Of a DNA stretch of 64,000 nt, positions 61,938 to 64,000 are shown in pieces. Numbering within the stretch: position 1 is the first letter of the stretch; each line of letters begins with the position of its first letter. The notes beneath the pieces are model-generated. The model was not told the origin of the DNA and searched no databases. It saw only the letters and a list, made by a program, of their open reading frames with translations. Source of the stretch: Bacilli bacterium (lineage in GTDB: Bacteria > Bacillota_I > Bacilli_A > RF39 > UBA660); assembly GCA_028691955.1 (NCBI GenBank), contig JAQUYH010000002.1:13012-77011 (forward strand), read 5' to 3'. The translations under genes were made by a program, and so were the position numbers.

Positions 61938-62240
61938 TTAATCAATATTTTCTTTAGATTTCTTTGTTACTTTTTTCTTTGTTTCTTTTTTTTCAGTAGC
62001 AACAGCAACTTTTTTAGTAGCTTTAGAATCCATAATTTTTACATTTGATGCATGAATAGGAGCTTCCATATCAATTATATTGCCTGGATTTTGTCCGTTA
62101 GGTTTTAATGTTTTCTTAACAACATTAACACCTTCTACAACAACTCTATTTTCTGCTTTTAAAGTTTTAATTATTTTTCCTTCTTTACCTTTATTCTTGC
62201 CAGCGATTACTACTACTTTATCTCCAGTTTTGAAGTTCAT
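61938..62240 (-). CDS. rplX: 50S ribosomal protein L24
   Basis: The true start is the internal [21 protein letters not shown] (ATG 62238-62240) preceded by SD AAGGAG. The ORF-track extension to 62294 would overlap rplN. Confidence 0.9.
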   Translation of the reverse strand: MNFKTGDKVVVIAGKNKGKEGKIIKTLKAENRVVVEGVNVVKKTLKPNGQNPGNIIDMEAPIHASNVKIMDSKATKKVAVATEKKETKKKVTKKSKENID

Positions 62241-62265
62241 TCTTAATTTCTCCTTTACAAGTAAT

Positions 62266-62631
62266 TTATAGCACTTCTTTTGCAAGTGATACAATCTTCA
62301 TATACTTGTCACGTAATTCACGTGCTACTGGTCCAAATATACGAGTTCCAACAGGGCTTTTATCATCTTTAATAATAACGCAAGCATTATCATCAAACTT
62401 AATATAAGATCCATCTTCTCTTCTTAGACCGAATTTGCTTCTAACAACAACAGCTTTTACAACTTTACCTTTTTTAACTGTTCCATTAGGAAGCGCTTTT
62501 TTTATAGTTCCAACAACTACTTCACCAATGTTTCCTGTTTTTACTTTTGAGCCACCTAGAACACGAATTACTAATAATTCTTTTGCTCCAGAATTGTCAG
62601 CTACTTTTAAACAGCTTTCTTGTTGAATCAT
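62266..62631 (-). CDS. rplN: 50S ribosomal protein L14
   Basis: 121 aa. [17 protein letters not shown]. Confidence 0.95.
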   Translation of the reverse strand: MIQQESCLKVADNSGAKELLVIRVLGGSKVKTGNIGEVVVGTIKKALPNGTVKKGKVVKAVVVRSKFGLRREDGSYIKFDDNACVIIKDDKSPVGTRIFGPVARELRDKYMKIVSLAKEVL

Positions 62632-62652
62632 ATATTAAACCTCCTCTTCCAA

Positions 62653-62913
62653 TTATAAAATAACGGCTTTTTCTACTATTTCAACTAAACGATAACGTTT
62701 CATTTTTGATAGTGGTCTAGTTTCAACAATACGAACTTTATCACCATTTTTTGCTTCATTCTTTTCATCATGAGCAGTATACTTTTTAGAATATTTAACA
62801 CGTTTACCATATAATCTATCTGTTTTGTATGTTTCAACTAAAACAGTAATAGTCTTATCATTTTTATCACTTACTACAGTTCCTAGTAATTCACGATTAT
62901 TTTTTGTTTCCAT
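62653..62913 (-). CDS. rpsQ: 30S ribosomal protein S17
   Basis: 86 aa canonical. Confidence 0.95.
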   Translation of the reverse strand: METKNNRELLGTVVSDKNDKTITVLVETYKTDRLYGKRVKYSKKYTAHDEKNEAKNGDKVRIVETRPLSKMKRYRLVEIVEKAVIL

Positions 62914-62925
62914 AATTAATCCTTC

Positions 62926-63135
62926 CTAATTACCTTTAAGTTCTCTTTCACGCAATATAGTTTTCATACGCGCTACTAATTTTCTAAGTTCATGTATTCT
63001 TGAAGGTTTTTCAAGGTTTCCTGTAGCTTGACTTAAACGTAAATTAAATAATTCTTCTTTATATTCTTCAATTTTTTTAGTGATTTCTTCCGTAGTTAAT
63101 TCTCTAATTTCATTATTTTTCATTAGCTTCACCAC
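62926..63135 (-). CDS. rpmC: 50S ribosomal protein L29
   Basis: Canonical L29. The start may be the internal [10 protein letters not shown] (about 63123). Confidence 0.9.
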   Translation of the reverse strand: MVKLMKNNEIRELTTEEITKKIEEYKEELFNLRLSQATGNLEKPSRIHELRKLVARMKTILRERELKGN

Positions 63136-63544
63136 TTTCTTTAGTTACAAATTTGCACTTAATTGGTAACTTATGCATAGCAAGTCTTAAAGCCTCTTTT
63201 GCAGTAGCTTCATCAATATCTCCTACTTCAAACATAATTTTACCTTTCTTTACAACTGCAACCCATAGTTCTGGTTGACCTTTACCTTTACCCATACGAG
63301 TTTCCAAAGGTATTTTAGTTAATGAAAGATGAGGGAATATATTAATCCATACTTTTCCGCCACGTTTCATAAAACGAGTCATAGCAACTCTGGCTGCTTC
63401 AATTTGTTGTTGAGTTATCCAAGCACCTTCCATTGCCATTAAACCATATTCTCCAAAAGACAATGTCGTATTACCTCTTGCTTTTCCGTCATAAGGTAGT
63501 CTATGAAGTCTTCTGTATTTAGTTCTTTTTGGAATTACTGCCAT
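63113..63544 (-). CDS. rplP: 50S ribosomal protein L16
   Basis: 143 aa. PKRTKYRR start. Confidence 0.95.
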   Translation of the reverse strand: MAVIPKRTKYRRLHRLPYDGKARGNTTLSFGEYGLMAMEGAWITQQQIEAARVAMTRFMKRGGKVWINIFPHLSLTKIPLETRMGKGKGQPELWVAVVKKGKIMFEVGDIDEATAKEALRLAMHKLPIKCKFVTKESGEANEK

Positions 63545-64000
63545 CGTTCTTACCTCCTTTATTTTTTAGAGGAAGTATTTCTCCTTTGTAAATCCATACT
63601 TTAACACCAATTTTACCATAAGTTGTATTAGCCTCTTTATGAGAATAATCAACATCAGCTCTTAAAGTATGAAGTGGAATATTTCCTTCAGTATAACCTT
63701 CAGTTCTTGCCATTTCAGCTCCGCCTAAACGACCTGAAACTGAAGTTTTAATTCCTTTTGCTCCAGCTTTCATTGTATTTCTGATAGCTCTTTTTTGAGC
63801 AATTCTAAATGAAACACGGTTTTCAATTTGATGAGCTATTGATTCTGCTACTAGATTTGCATCCATATCAGGATTTTTAACTTCCATAATTGAAATTTGT
63901 ACATTTTCATTTACTAATTTAGATAAATCTTTCTTTATCTTTTCTATTTCATCTCCACCATGACCAATTACTACGCCAGGTTTTGCTGTATTAATAATAA
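63519..64000 (-). CDS. rpsC: 30S ribosomal protein S3 (C-terminal ~160 aa; N-terminus beyond the right window edge)
   Basis: The frame stays open to the window end (...[45 protein letters not shown]...). The ORF track shows only the part from an internal Met. Confidence 0.9.
   Translation of the reverse strand, partial: IINTAKPGVVIGHGGDEIEKIKKDLSKLVNENVQISIMEVKNPDMDANLVAESIAHQIENRVSFRIAQKRAIRNTMKAGAKGIKTSVSGRLGGAEMARTEGYTEGNIPLHTLRADVDYSHKEANTTYGKIGVKVWIYKGEILPLKNKGGKNDGSNSKKN

Overview
Very AT-rich window (by eye well under 35% GC) of core chromosome from a low-GC Gram-positive / Mollicutes-related bacterium. It uses the standard genetic code. tRNA-Trp has anticodon CCA, and all long ORFs are uninterrupted with in-frame TGA treated as stop. 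Almost every gene lies on the minus strand. The right end carries the S10-spc-alpha ribosomal protein cluster (rpsC partial ... rplQ) with secY-adk-map-infA-rpmJ embedded. rpmD (L30) is absent and rpsN is the short Zn-ribbon type. Other housekeeping blocks, from the left end: pflB (partial), recG, ffh, tig, greA; a U32-peptidase pair plus O-methyltransferase (the tRNA ho5U/mo5U pathway genes) split by a GT2/GT-C glycosylation gene pair; dnaG-sigA-trmK; trmL; lepA; prfA-prmC; der-engB; trxA with a divergent crp/fnr regulator; prsA; recX; yceD-rpmF; scpA-scpB. There are five tRNAs: Arg-CCT, Arg-TCT, Ala-TGC, Leu-CAA and Trp-CCA. No transposases, integrases, CRISPR arrays or obvious prophage genes are present. 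The stretches worth a second look are: (1) an orphan two-gene Rnf-like module (rnfC plus rnfD fused to two FMN_bind domains, with no rnfA/B/E); (2) a prepilin peptidase next to a GspF/PilC-like protein that has a ~150-aa N-terminal extension carrying extra TM segments and a KR-rich region, with no ATPase or pilins nearby; (3) a D1-only ClpB-like AAA+ ATPase coupled to a thioredoxin-like lipoprotein; (4) a coiled-coil gene interrupted by an in-frame TAA after a strong SD and start; (5) a small gene frameshifted at an A7 tract; (6) three EEP-family paralogs and a Pro-rich tandem-repeat anchored protein; (7) a perfect 13-bp palindrome over the promoter of the crp/fnr-family gene.
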